This document shows, in pieces, positions 22,102 through 33,612 of a stretch of 64,000 nucleotides of DNA. Source of the stretch: Planktothrix sp. GU0601_MAG3 (GTDB taxonomy: Bacteria; Cyanobacteriota; Cyanobacteriia; Cyanobacteriales; Microcoleaceae). The stretch lies in contig CP136572.1 in NCBI GenBank assembly GCA_035193785.1, positions 32,001-96,000 on the forward strand. The letters run 5' to 3'. The notes beneath the pieces are model-generated. The model was not told where the DNA came from, did not search any database, and saw only the letters and a list, made by a program, of their open reading frames with translations. The position numbers and the translations under genes were made by a program. How positions within the stretch are numbered: position 1 is the first letter of the stretch; every line of letters starts with the position of its first letter.

Positions 22102-23412
22102 TTAAGGTGTTTGTACTAAGATCTGATTGCGAGTTGAATCACCAATACCCGGACGGCGACCATCAATATGAGGTTGAATTAATTCGGGTAAGCTATCAGG
22201 AGAACCCCATTTACTCACGAACTGCTGTAATAATAAATCCTGATCCGCCCTTAACCCATCTAAATTCGTTCCCCGATTAATAATAGCAAACCAAACTAAA
22301 CCTCGGTCACGGGTAGGTAAAACCCCAGCTAAGGCACTCACATCCGATAAAGTTCCGGTTTTCACCGGAGAAGAAACCGGAATTTTGCGATCTTCTAATG
22401 TACCTTGGGTATCAATTCCAGCAATCGGAAATAAATCAGCAACGGTAATATTAGTATCCTGTAAATATCGGGCTAAAGCCATAAACATTCCCACCACAGC
22501 CCGAGGAGAAATTTGATTTTCCGGTTCTAAACCCGAACCATTAATCAACCGAATTTCATCTATGGGAACTCCCGCCGCCTGTGATGCCAATTGTCTAACA
22601 TTTGCCGCCCCGCCCACATTGGCTGCTAAAATTTCAGCCATGGGATTATTACTATAAATATTCATTTGTTTGATAATTTCAACTAAAGCCAAAGACTGAT
22701 GACGAATAATTGGGGTTGAATTAACCGCCCCAGATTGAGCTATAATATTTCCTGAAATCATCACTTGAGGTTTAGCCGTTCCGGGTGTCATCCGAGAATG
22801 CTGATAGATAATTTCTTCCTTCCAAGATTGAGAATTGAATGCCTCTTTTAATAATTGACCCACTTTCAGAGGATCAACTTCATAATTCATATAAAAACGA
22901 TCAGTAATAATTAAATTCCCCGCGACCCCGCGAATTCCCATTTGATTTAAACTATTTCCCAGGGCGATCGCTTCTTCCCAAATAAAAAACGGATCACCAT
23001 TCCCCGTAACTACTAAATCCCCCTGTACCACACCCCCAACAATCGGCCCAGTCACCCCTAGAATCGTCTCAAACCGATGTTCCGGGGGGAAAACCTGGAG
23101 GGATGCCAAGGAGGTCGCTACCTTCGTTAGAGAAGCCGCGGGCAGGGGTGTAGTCCCAGAATTTTTCGCCAAAGGAACCCAACTTGACTGTACCCAAACC
23201 CCTTGGACATCCGGGGAAAGTCCCTTAGCCGATAACCGATTCAAATATTGCTGCAACACCGCTTCCGCCACGGGATCAGGCTGTTGGGGAAACACCACCC
23301 GGGATAACTCCGTTTCCAAATTCTCGAATACAGAAGTATTGAGTCCCGCCCGATCCATCCCCGCCATTTGCAACCAAACACCAACTAATCCCGAACTCAG
23401 AATATCAATCAT
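22102..23412 (-). CDS. D-alanyl-D-alanine carboxypeptidase (peptidase S13, PBP4-like)
   Basis: ASLTK (SxxK), SNN, NGSGL, KTGTL. Confidence 0.9.
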   Translation of the reverse strand: MIDILSSGLVGVWLQMAGMDRAGLNTSVFENLETELSRVVFPQQPDPVAEAVLQQYLNRLSAKGLSPDVQGVWVQSSWVPLAKNSGTTPLPAASLTKVATSLASLQVFPPEHRFETILGVTGPIVGGVVQGDLVVTGNGDPFFIWEEAIALGNSLNQMGIRGVAGNLIITDRFYMNYEVDPLKVGQLLKEAFNSQSWKEEIIYQHSRMTPGTAKPQVMISGNIIAQSGAVNSTPIIRHQSLALVEIIKQMNIYSNNPMAEILAANVGGAANVRQLASQAAGVPIDEIRLINGSGLEPENQISPRAVVGMFMALARYLQDTNITVADLFPIAGIDTQGTLEDRKIPVSSPVKTGTLSDVSALAGVLPTRDRGLVWFAIINRGTNLDGLRADQDLLLQQFVSKWGSPDSLPELIQPHIDGRRPGIGDSTRNQILVQTP

Positions 23413-23582
23413 TGTAAATCGCTAAACACTATTAAATAAACCAAGATTGATCGTACCAGTGCCAGATCAAGATTGACTCCATCACTGCAATTAAAAAGCC
23501 ATCCCCCGCATAAGGAAGGAAAAGACAGGGCTTTAGAGCCGTTTTTTTGGTAAAATCCTGAAGGTTTCTCAAAAGTTGGTCA

Positions 23583-24627
23583 ATGAGTTCAACTCGCGCA
23601 CGAATTGCAATTGACGCTATGGGCGGAGATCATGCTCCCGCCGAAATCGTTGCTGGAGCGCTAATGGCACAGGAAAAATGGGATGTAGAAGTCTTTTTGG
23701 TTGGCGACCCCGATCAAATTGAAGCAGCCCTCAAACACCACCATAGCAAGCTCCCTCTGTCTCAAATTATTCCGGCTGAAGGCACGATCGAAATGCACGA
23801 AGAAGCCTTGGGGGCGTTAAAACGCAAACCTAAAGCTTCAATTAACGTGGCTATGAATCTAGTTAAGCAAAAAAAAGCCGATGCCGTCGTCTCGGCGGGT
23901 CATTCCGGTGCAGCTATGGCTTCCGCCCTGTTGCGTTTAGGACGTCTGCCGGGGATTGATCGTCCGGCGATCGGAGCCGTTTTACCCACCATGAAGCCCG
24001 ACTCCCCAGTTTCTGGTCTTAGATGTGGGGGCGAATGTCGATTGTCGGCCCAAATTTTTAGAACAGTTTGCGGTAATGGGATCGATTTACAGTCGTTATG
24101 TTCTGGGAACTTCTGAACCAAAAGTGGGGTTACTCAATATTGGTGAAGAATCCTGTAAAGGCAATGATCTGGCCATTCGCACCTATCAACTCCTAGAAAA
24201 TCATCCCGAAATTGCCTTTGCTGGAAACGCCGAAGGGCGGGATGTCCTAACGGGGGAATTTGATGTGATTGTCTGCGATGGTTTCGTGGGAAATGTGCTT
24301 TTGAAATTTGCCGAAGGAGTGGGAGAAGCGGTTCTACAAATGCTCAAGGAGGAATTAACATCGGGATTACAGGCGAAATTAGGGACGGCTCTGCTCAAAC
24401 CCAGTTTAATGCGGTTTAAACAACGGGTGGATCATGTTGAACATGGGGGCGCCTTACTCCTTGGGGTGGCAGGGGTTTGCATTATTAGTCATGGATCTTC
24501 TAAGGCGGCAACGATTGCTAATGCGGTTCGTTTGGCAAAAGAAGCGATCGATAACCAAGTCCTAGAACGGATTCAAGCCCAATATCAAAAACACCCGCAA
24601 CCGGATGAAAAGGTGATCAGTGGTTAA
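23583..24627 (+). CDS. plsX: Phosphate acyltransferase PlsX; apparent +1 error at 24009-24013
   Basis: IAIDAMGGDHAP, DVGAN, LLNIGEE, CDGFVGN. Confidence 0.96.
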
Positions 24628-24665
24628 TCGCTATTTTTAAGATCAAGACAAAGAACAGAGCATCA

Positions 24666-25665
24666 ATGATAACAACAGGCATTGCAATTACGGGTTGCGG
24701 ATCGGCTACACCCTCGGTTTTACTGGATAATTATGGACTCTCTCAACGGGTCGAAACCTCCGATGAATGGATTACTTCTCGCACCGGAATTTCTCAACGA
24801 CGTTTAGCTGATTCTGATACCTCGTTGAGTCAATTAGCAATAGTGGCGGCTCAAAATGCGATCGCCATGGCGGCTATTGACCCGGCGGATATTGATTTGA
24901 TTATCTTGGCCACATCAACGGCCGATGATCTGTTTGGGAGTGCCAGTTTTATTCAATTTCAACTGGGTGCAACCAAAGCGGTGGCCTTTGATATGACCGC
25001 GGCCTGTTCGGGATTTGTGTTTGGGTTAGTCACCGCTTCCCAATTTATTCGCACTGGAGTCTATCAAAATGTTCTTTTAATTGGGGCTGATATTCTCTCC
25101 CGTTGGGTTGACTGGTCAGATCGCAGAACCTGTATTTTATTTGGGGATGGCGCCGGGGCGGTGGTTTTACAAGGGGATGAACGCGATCGCTTATTAGGAT
25201 TTGAAATTAGAAGTGATGGCAGACAAAATCAGTCTTTAAATTTATCCTATCAACCCAAACCGCAGGAAATATTACCCGGAATTACCATTGGTCAAGGAAA
25301 CCTATCGTCCGATTACGATGAATGGTCAAGAAATCTATAAATTTGCGGTTAAAAAGGTTCCAGAAGTCATTGAAAAAGCTTTATTTAGGGCAAATCTAAC
25401 CGTCGATCAAATTGATTGGTTAATTCTGCATCAAGCGAATCAACGCATATTAGATGCGGTCGCACAACGATTAAATATTCCCCCGGAAAAGGTGATTAGT
25501 AATTTAGCAAAATATGGTAATACTTCTGCGGCTTCGATTCCCTTAGCCCTTGATGAAGCGGTACGAGAGGGAAAAATTAAACCTGGCGATCGGATTATGA
25601 CCTCCGGTTTTGGCGCGGGATTGACCTGGGGGGCGGCTTTATTTGAATGGGGGCAGGGGGGGTAG
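24666..25665 (+). CDS. fabH: Beta-ketoacyl-ACP synthase III; apparent +1 error at 25297-25301
   Basis: AACSGF, FGDGAGA, HQANQRI, GNTSAAS. Confidence 0.96.
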
Positions 25666-25783
25666 GGGAGCAGGGGGAGGTAGGGGGGCAGGGGGGCAGG
25701 GGGAGCAGGGGAGGTAGGGGGGCAGGGGGAGCAGGGGGGACAGGGGAGGTAGGGGAGGTAGGGGAGCAGGGGAGCAGGGGAGC
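25649..25783 (+). repeat. G-rich tandem repeat (GGGGAGCA / GGGGAGGTA / GGGGGGCA units)
   Basis: About 15 imperfect 7-9 nt units, each with a run of 4 or more G, overlapping the fabH stop. Confidence 0.9.
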
Positions 25784-25856
25784 GTCCTCAATTGACCATT
25801 AATAATTGACAATTGACCATTAAGTACCTAAACAAAATTAATTACAAATCCTCTAA

Positions 25857-25886
25857 CCTGTTCCCTGTTCCCTGTTCCCTATTCCC
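25857..25886. repeat. Heptamer tandem repeat (CCTGTTC)n
   Basis: cctgttc x3 plus cctattc. Confidence 0.8.
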
Positions 25887-25940
25887 TCTCTCAACTGGGT
25901 AATTTATTTTGTTCAACTACTTAACAATTAACTAATAAAA

Positions 25941-26799
25941 ATGACAACAACAGCATGGATTTTTCCGGGTCAGGGTTCACAAAAAATTGGCATGGGTGCT
26001 GATTTATTTGAACAGTCTGAACATCAAGAACGATTAAAATTAGCAGAAAAAATTCTGGGTTGGTCTGTTCCTGAAATTTGTCAACATCCTGAAGATAAAA
26101 TATCTCAAACTTTATATACACAACCGGGTCTATATGTGGTTGAAAGCCTATTAGTTGATCAGTTAAAACAACAAGGACAATCCCCCGATTATCTTGCGGG
26201 TCATAGTTTGGGTGAATATGTGGCTTTGTATACGGCGGGAGTCTTTGATTTTGAAACGGGTTTAAAATTGGTTCAATGTCGGGCTGAATTAATGAATAGT
26301 GCGGCGGGGGGAAAAATGGCGGCGTTAATTGGGTTTGATCGGGAACAACTGGATCAACAAATTCAACAAACCCCAAATATTGTTCTGGCGAATGATAATA
26401 GTGCCGCCCAGGTGGTAATTTCTGGAACCCCAGAAGCCGTTGATCAGGTCTTAGCTAATATTCAAGTCAAACGGGCGGTAAAATTAAACGTTTCCGGTGC
26501 ATTTCACTCCCCCTTAATGCAGGAATCAGCCACACAATTTCAACAAATTTTAGACGGAATTTCCTTTAATAATGCCAAAATTCCCGTCCTATCAAATGTT
26601 GATCCCACACCAATAACCGATGCGACACTATTAAAACAACGGCTCACCGAACAAATGACCGGTTTCTGTGCGATGGCGAGAAATTTGTTTACAATTATCA
26701 ACATTAGGGGTTAAACAAGTTGTAGAAATTGGCCCTGGAAACGTCCTTACGGGCTTAATGAAGCGGACTTGTCCCGAAATTCTGTTACAAAACATCTAA
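25941..26799 (+). CDS. fabD: Malonyl-CoA:ACP transacylase; apparent +1 error at 26662-26666
   Basis: FPGQGSQ, GHSLGEY, VSGAFHS; corrected tail GSVRWRE...VEIGPGNVLTGL. Confidence 0.96.
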
Positions 26800-26873
26800 C
26801 AACCGTTGTTGCGCAATCTTAGAGGCACTCATCCCAACAACGGGGAATATTAACCAGACTCACGGAAAATACC

Positions 26874-27660
26874 TTGAATTTTCTCCAACCCACTGCTCCC
26901 AGACCCAATTTACCCCTATTCCTATTTTTCCCTGGAATGGATGGAACAGGTCAACTATTCACAGTTCAAATTCCTCGGTTAATGGATGCGTTTGAAATTC
27001 GTTGTTTAACTATTCCTCAAACCGATCAATCGGACTGGGAAACCTTAGTTAAAAAAACCATAGATTTAATTGAAATAGAACGGAAAAACAACCCCAAACG
27101 GGAGATTTATTTATGTGGAGAATCCTTTGGGGGATGTTTGGCTTTATTAGTGGCAATTTTTGCCCCCCATTGGTTTAGTCGTTTAATTTTAGTTAATCCT
27201 GCTTCATCTATTAAACAACAACCTTGGTTACAATGGGGTTCCTATTTAACCCAATGGGTTCCCGATTGGTTTTATCCCAGTTCTGTTGTTGGTTTATTGC
27301 CTTTTCTCGCTTCTTTGGGAAGGATTGAAGCCTCAGAAACGTCAAGCTCTATTAACAGCAATGAAGTCTGTTCCTCAAGGAACTTCAGCTTGGCGATTGG
27401 AATTATTACGATTGTTTCAACCGAACAAATCCGATCTGAGTCGGGTTAAGATTCCGGTTTTAGTAATTGCTAGTGGCGCTGATAGATTATTACCTTCAGT
27501 GTTAGAAGCCAAATTTTTAACCCAAACTTTACCTAATGCTCAAATGGTGGTTTTACCCGATAGCGGTCATGCTTGTTTGTTGGAAAATGATATTGATTTA
27601 TATGCACTAATTCAGGCTTATAGTGTTTCTGAAGAATGCGATCGCCTGGTTCAATGTTAG
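26874..27660 (+). CDS. Alpha/beta hydrolase; apparent +1 error at 27336-27340
   Basis: PGMDGTG, GESFGG nucleophile elbow, DRLLPS, SGHACLLE. Confidence 0.88.
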
Positions 27661-27779
27661 AGGTAATGGGGATCACGGATTAAAGAGGATTTCACGGATT
27701 TCACGGATTTGAATCTGTGTTAATCGGCATCATCCTCTTAAATTAGTGATCGGTAATGGGTAATGAACTGATGACTGAT

Positions 27780-28535
27780 TTAGGGTCTAACATAACTCAA
27801 TCGAGCTAAGAAAGAGGGTGGTTTTAAATGGGTAACTACCCGATTTAAGGGTAAAATCCGCATTTGATTATGGTGCATCACATTCACTTGATACACCTTT
27901 TTATTTGTAATATCTAGTCCCGTTAACCAACCGCTTTTAGCATGATAAACCCCCGTATCAATGCCTAACCATCCCTGACCTTGAACTAACTGTCCCGGTT
28001 CAATATCATCAAAGGTAAAGGTAATGGTATGACCAACAATAATTAACTTGTCCGCAAAATAGGGTTTAGGGATGTTATGAAATTCTCGCCGTATCCAACA
28101 AAATTCTTCCTCATTTTGTTCTTTAATTGACATTTTGGGATTCACCCCCGCATGAACCAGCCAAACATCCCCTAAATCTAAATATAGGGGCAAAGAAGCC
28201 ATCCAATGAACGTGATCCCGAGGAATAATTCCTAAATCCTGATAACTGGTAATTGTCGTCAAACCGCCACTATATAACCAAGCTTGCCACGCTTGGGGAT
28301 TTTTTCCTTCATCGGGCAACGCATTTAACATCAGTTGCTCATGGTTGCCCCGTAAACATTGATAGGGACTATTTTTGACAAAATTAACCACTTGGGCACT
28401 TTTCGGCCCACGATCGATTAAATCCCCCAAAAAATAAACCTGATCATTTGTACCCGGAGCAATTCGATCTAATAAAGTCATTAGCCCGTCATAATGCCCG
28501 TGTACGTCGCCAATAACAATGCGTCGAGTCAGCAT
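27780..28535 (-). CDS. Metallophosphoesterase (PPP-type Ser/Thr phosphatase family)
   Basis: GDVHG, GDLIDRG, RGNHE, VHAG, GHT, IDTG. Confidence 0.92.
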   Translation of the reverse strand: MLTRRIVIGDVHGHYDGLMTLLDRIAPGTNDQVYFLGDLIDRGPKSAQVVNFVKNSPYQCLRGNHEQLMLNALPDEGKNPQAWQAWLYSGGLTTITSYQDLGIIPRDHVHWMASLPLYLDLGDVWLVHAGVNPKMSIKEQNEEEFCWIRREFHNIPKPYFADKLIIVGHTITFTFDDIEPGQLVQGQGWLGIDTGVYHAKSGWLTGLDITNKKVYQVNVMHHNQMRILPLNRVVTHLKPPSFLARLSYVRP

Positions 28536-28581
28536 TTTTTATTTAATTACACACACTATAAGGTGTTCTTCAAAATAGAAA

Positions 28582-29325
28582 TTATCGACTTAAGGCGCGA
28601 ATAAAACTCTGAAGTCCAGATAAAACACCTTTTTTCGGCCGTTGGACAGTTGGCACCGCTGACGAGTCACCCCCCTGAGTCGCCTGTGCCAGAATCAAAT
28701 CCAATTCATCGCCGACGGGTTTTGTTGGTTGTTCAGTGATTAACTGGTACTGTCCATCGACTTCTAACCAAACTTCCCACATCGAAGGATAACAACGTCT
28801 GAGGGCTGCACCTTCTAGGGACTTGAGGTAATAACAAGACTCAATGGTCTTGATAAACCGTTCTCGTAACTGACGAGCAGCATATCCTATTCCTATAATA
28901 GCAATATCTTCAAGTTTAGGGTTCAGTAAAATCACTGGACGATCTCCGGCCAATTGAGATAATTTTTCCATCTGAGCTACTTCCACCGCCGAAGGAGATA
29001 CAACTAAAAATTGTTGATCTTCTGCTTCTAATCGAGTTTCAACTGGAGAACGAGAAGTACCTAAATCTGTTACCCGAAAAGATGTTTGTCCCCAGTCTCG
29101 ACGGGCTAAAGCGGCGGCTCCGGTATCGGGAAATAATACAACTAATCGACTATCGGGTTTTTGAATAACTGGAATAAATTCTTGGGCAATAGATTGAGCT
29201 TCTAGTTCAATTTCGGGAAAGACTAATTCGATTTGAATTAACTTATAACCATCATCTAAGGCGGCTTTAGTTGCTTGTTTTGCCTGTTCAATTGCCGATG
29301 CTAAACTGTTGGGTAATTCGGGCAT
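28582..29325 (-). CDS. DUF1995 family protein
   Basis: FPDTGAAALARRDW, ILLNP.LED, IGIGYAARQLRERF. Confidence 0.8.
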   Translation of the reverse strand: MPELPNSLASAIEQAKQATKAALDDGYKLIQIELVFPEIELEAQSIAQEFIPVIQKPDSRLVVLFPDTGAAALARRDWGQTSFRVTDLGTSRSPVETRLEAEDQQFLVVSPSAVEVAQMEKLSQLAGDRPVILLNPKLEDIAIIGIGYAARQLRERFIKTIESCYYLKSLEGAALRRCYPSMWEVWLEVDGQYQLITEQPTKPVGDELDLILAQATQGGDSSAVPTVQRPKKGVLSGLQSFIRALSR

Positions 29326-29371
29326 AATTTAAAATTTATTAATGATTAACTGTTGTTGAAAAAATGAGTGG

Positions 29372-29535
29372 AGATCCCCCTAAATCCCATTAAAAAGGGG
29401 GACTTTGAAGTCTATTGCCCCGCTTTTTAGTCTGAAACCCCTATGTGCATCCTGGTTTTGATCCCCCTAAATCCCCATTAAAAAGGGGGACTTTGAAGTC
29501 TACTTCCCCCCTTCTCAATGGGTTAGGGGGGATCT
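29372..29535. repeat. Cluster of CCCCTAAATCCCC-TTAAAAAGGGGGACTTT REP/MITE-like units
   Basis: Two near-identical units of about 42 nt (29372, 29460) plus a terminal inverted unit ending ttagggggatc. Confidence 0.75.
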
Positions 29536-29556
29536 CAAGGTCTGTGTATAATTCCC

Positions 29557-30730
29557 CTAACATCTTGCTAATGCTACACAGGGAATCAAACGCTTGAGGA
29601 CTTGTTTCACAACCATGGCTGTCCAATCAATATCGGCTTCGGTGGTATCCCGTCCTAGGGTAAAACGAATCCCCCCTAATGCGGTGATTTCGTCATATCC
29701 CATTGCCAATAAAATCGGGCTGGGACTAAGTTTGCCACTACTACAGGCCGAACCTGCACTAATACCAATTCCGGCTAAATTCAGTTGACGGACTAGGGTT
29801 TTTCCCGTCAAGGTGGCGGGGTTGATGTGTTTTGGGGCAACACAGAAACTAACATGATGGGGTAAACGATTTAAACGATCGCCTGTGGGTAATAAATACG
29901 GCACATCGGCTAATAAGTCAAATAGGCGATCGCGTAACCTCATTAACCGAGACGTTTCTGTTACCATATCCTGGGCCGCTAATTGGCAAGCTAACCCAAA
30001 TCCGGCCAGGGTGGGAACTCCCTGTGTCCCAGAGCGCAGTTGAAATTCCTGTCCACCTCCAGCTAACAAAGGGGTTAACCTCACCCCATCCCGCACATAT
30101 AAAGCCCCCGCACCTTGGGGGCCATATAATTTATGACTGGACAGGGATAATAAATCAACGGGTAACTGCTGCATATCCAGGGGTAAACGTCCCGCCACCT
30201 GTACCGCATCGGTATGAAATAAAGCCCCGTGAGCATGGGCAATTTTGCCTAGGGTTTCAATCGGTTGCAGTGTCCCTACTTCGCTCTGGCCATAAATAAT
30301 CGAGACTAAAACCGTATTCGGTTGCATCGCCGCCTGTAAGTCCAGGGGGTGAATGCGTCCGCGATTATCGACGGGTAAGCGGGTAATTTGCCATCCCCAT
30401 TCTTCCAGCAGTTTTGCGGGTTCAGAAATGGCCGAATGTTCCACCGCAGAAATAATCAGATGTTGGGGTTGGGAATATTGACGGGCGACCCCCAGAATGG
30501 CCAGATTATCGGCTTCGGTTTCCCCCGGAGGTAAAAATAATTGATTCCGGTGGAGCGTTAATCAGATGGGCTACCTGTATTCTCGAGCGCTCTAAAACCA
30601 TGGCGGCTCTGTTACCCCACTCATGAATACTAGAAGGATTTCCCCAATTTTCAGTCATTACCGTTTGCATGAGGGTGATCACTTCTGCACGGGGGGGAGT
30701 GGTTGCGCTATGATCGAGGTAAATTTGCAT
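29557..30730 (-). CDS. Cysteine desulfurase (NifS/IscS family); apparent +1 error at 30518-30522
   Basis: IYLDHSATTP, GNPSS, FTSGGTEA (after correction), HTDAVQ, SSHKLYGP, SAGSACSS. Confidence 0.93.
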
Positions 30731-30811
30731 AGATTTTTATCAATCAAAAGTTGAATTTTGTTTTCCGCAAGCACAATTAAAAATCGTTAGAATTGAGAGG
30801 ATTTGGGTTAA

Positions 30812-31213
30812 TTAATCTCCCGGTTTACAAACGTTGTAATCTTCGTGAGAAAGAACTTTTTGAGGAACTAATAAATTACCGCTATCTTGACAAAGCATTC
30901 GATAATTTCGGGTTACGGGAATACTGATAATAAAACGATTATGGCGCAGTCGCTTCCCTCCAAAGTCCCGATAACTTTTCTGGTCACTTAAGCCCGCCAG
31001 AATAGCCCGGGCTTTAATTACGACATAATCGGGTAAGCCTCTCAGGTTAATAATATCCTGAGCAAAGGAGGCTTCCCATTCTAGTTTTTTGGTTCGTTTG
31101 TCCTCCATAGCCTGACTGTGGGAATCTTGCGTCACCTCTTGTTGATTACAACGATGACAGATTTTCCCATATCCTTTATGGCCACAGGGAAATGTCCTCT
31201 TTCGTTTTGGCAT
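30812..31213 (-). CDS. Small protein: N-terminal Cys/His zinc-binding motif plus a RelE/ParE-like C-terminal region
   Basis: FPCGH.GYGKICHRC; GKRL...IISIPVTRNYRML...VLSHEDYN; ATG at 31213 preferred over 31276. Confidence 0.6.
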   Translation of the reverse strand: MPKRKRTFPCGHKGYGKICHRCNQQEVTQDSHSQAMEDKRTKKLEWEASFAQDIINLRGLPDYVVIKARAILAGLSDQKSYRDFGGKRLRHNRFIISIPVTRNYRMLCQDSGNLLVPQKVLSHEDYNVCKPGD

Positions 31214-31686
31214 AGCACAGCATTGAGGGTGATTACCCGCGCCTACAAGCTCTGAGCCAGTGCTTACGGCGCTCACAGACTGTTACGTCTTTTTCCGTCG
31301 GTGGCTTGGCAGAAATTAAGTTAATCTCGTCCTATTAATAGATTACCTGAATCATGAAGCTAGGCAATGGGCAATAGGCAATGGGTTTTAGAAAAATGGG
31401 CAATGGACAATAGTTATTGATTTTTTGATTATTATCTAAAATCTCGGTTAAAAATCAATTTTTATTTTACTCTATCAGGAGGTAAATTGACTTTAGAAAT
31501 TACAGAGATCAAAATATTTTAATTATCTAAAATTCCGGTTGAGTTTAGGCTAAACTATTTATATCCTGATATCTATAATTTTTAAATACTCTGTAAAATT
31601 GGCAAGATGCCAGTTCAAGTTTCTGTAAAGTTTTTTAACTTATTGTAGTATAAATACTTATCTGGGCGACCCTATAGATTATAGAT

Positions 31687-31833
31687 ATGCTGAATCTTCC
31701 TGATGTGACGATTATTTCCCAAATCTATGAAAGTGCAAACTCCCTAGTCTATTCAGATTTAGAAAAATGTCTGAATCAACTTCAGGATACTGGGAATATA
31801 TCAAATTTTGTTCTAGGCGATAAAGATTTATAA
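31687..31833 (+). pseudogene. Deletion remnant of a multidomain Ser/Thr kinase-AAA gene
   Basis: MLNLPDVTIISQIYESANSLVY (start of a kinase domain) fused to DLEKCLNQLQDTGNISNFVLGDKD (post-kinase linker), then a stop. Confidence 0.6.
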
Positions 31834-31879
31834 GAAACGCTGTCAATAGTTAGTATAACAAAAAAATCCCAATTTTTTT

Positions 31880-33535
31880 ATGGTTGTGCATCAAATCATT
31901 AAGATATCCTTGCGGTTGGGTTTAACCATCTGGTTAACTTTTGGTTTAGATGGTTGTGTTAAAACTTCCTCTCAATCGGTCTTAAAACCCCCTTTAGAAC
32001 CCCTTTCTCAAGATCCTTTAATTCAGGTTTATTTTAATCATTCGGAAGCCTCATTTTACATAGAGCCTTATCGGAATATATCTCGATTTGGAGATAATTT
32101 AGAACAAATTATTATTGATAAAATTAATGAATCAACATCAACAATTGATCTGGCGGTTCAAGAATTTCGTTTACCGAATATTGCCCAAGCATTAGTTGAA
32201 CGTCACCAAGCAGGGGTGCAGGTACGAGTTATTTTAGAAAATAATTATCGCCGTCCCTGGAGTCAATTTACACCGACAGAAATTCAGCAGTTACCTGAAC
32301 AAGAAAAGGATCGATATCAAGAATTTATCTTACTCGCAGATTTGAACCAAGATGGAAAAGTTAGCCCAGAGGAAAGTCAACAACGGGATGCTTTAATTAT
32401 CTTAGAAAAGGCTGGGATTCCGATTCTTGATGATACGGAAGATGGTTCAAAAGGTACGGGTTTAATGCACCATAAATTTATTGTAGTAGACAAAAAAACT
32501 TTAATTGTTACTTCTGCTAACTTGACAACCAGTGATGTTCATGGAGATTTTAAGACCATAGAAAGTCTAGGAAATGCCAATAATTTATTAAAAATTGATA
32601 GTTCAAAATTAGCAAAATTATTTTCTGAAGAATTTAACTTAATGTGGGGAGATGGAGTTGGTAAAACCAAGGATAGTCTATTTGGAATTAACAAACTATT
32701 TCGCGGTGGGCATAATATTTTAGTTGGTAATACTTCGGTGAAAGTTCAGTTTTCTCCCACTTCTCAAAAACAACCTTGGCAAAATAGCACTAATGGTTTA
32801 ATTAATCAAAAATTGCAACAAATCAATCAATCCTTTGATTTTGCTTTATTTGTATTTTCCGCCCAAGATATTGTTAATACTTTAGAAAAAAAACATCAAA
32901 ATAACGTCTCAATTCGAGGATTAATTGATCCGAGTTTTGCCTATCGTTATTATAGTGAAGGTTTGGATATGATGGGAATTGCTTTAGTTAATAAGTGTGG
33001 TTATGAAGCAGAAAATAATCCCTGGAAACAACCTATTTTCACCCTAGGGATTCCTAATTTACCACTGGGCGATCGCCTACATCATAAATTTGGAATTATT
33101 GATGGTAAAATTGTAATCACAGGTTCCCATAATTGGACAGAAGCCGCCAATACCCAAAATGATGAGACTCTAATTGTAGTGGAAAATCCAATAGTTGCGT
33201 CTCATTTTCAGCGAGAATTTGAACGTTTATATCAAAATTCAGCCCTAGGTATTCCTAATTGGTTATTAACAAAAGTTGCAAAAGATTTAAAAGACTGTGG
33301 TAATTCTGTGGTTTCTAAAACTGCTTCTGTCAAGGAAAATCTAACTACTAAAATTAATCTTAATACCGCCACTCAACAGGAGTTAGAAACCTTACCCGGA
33401 GTCGGGGCAAAGTTAGCTCAAAATATCATAGCAGCTAGACAGAAAAAACCCTTTACTTCCTTAGAAGATTTAGATCAGATACCTGGTTTTGGGCCAAAAT
33501 TATTAGAGAAAATTAGCGATCGCGTTATTTGGTAA
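31880..33535 (+). CDS. Phospholipase D-fold nuclease with C-terminal ComEA-type helix-hairpin-helix (cyanobacterial competence ComA-like)
   Basis: Two HKD motifs (HHKFIVVD, HHKFGIID); INLNTATQQELETLPGVG. Confidence 0.88.
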   Translation: MVVHQIIKISLRLGLTIWLTFGLDGCVKTSSQSVLKPPLEPLSQDPLIQVYFNHSEASFYIEPYRNISRFGDNLEQIIIDKINESTSTIDLAVQEFRLPNIAQALVERHQAGVQVRVILENNYRRPWSQFTPTEIQQLPEQEKDRYQEFILLADLNQDGKVSPEESQQRDALIILEKAGIPILDDTEDGSKGTGLMHHKFIVVDKKTLIVTSANLTTSDVHGDFKTIESLGNANNLLKIDSSKLAKLFSEEFNLMWGDGVGKTKDSLFGINKLFRGGHNILVGNTSVKVQFSPTSQKQPWQNSTNGLINQKLQQINQSFDFALFVFSAQDIVNTLEKKHQNNVSIRGLIDPSFAYRYYSEGLDMMGIALVNKCGYEAENNPWKQPIFTLGIPNLPLGDRLHHKFGIIDGKIVITGSHNWTEAANTQNDETLIVVENPIVASHFQREFERLYQNSALGIPNWLLTKVAKDLKDCGNSVVSKTASVKENLTTKINLNTATQQELETLPGVGAKLAQNIIAARQKKPFTSLEDLDQIPGFGPKLLEKISDRVIW

Positions 33536-33612
33536 ACTAAAATAGGCAATAGTCAACAGTTATTACTAGGGGCGGATTTATCTGTGATTGGGGTGATTAA
33601 CCAAGATTTAAT

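Noticed and set aside
29372..29535. Possible mini CRISPR array
   Set aside because: Only two direct units plus an inverted one, the sequence is REP/MITE-like, and no cas genes are present.
31880..33535. PLD nuclease as a defence system
   Set aside because: The exported PLD plus ComEA HhH architecture matches the known cyanobacterial competence protein.
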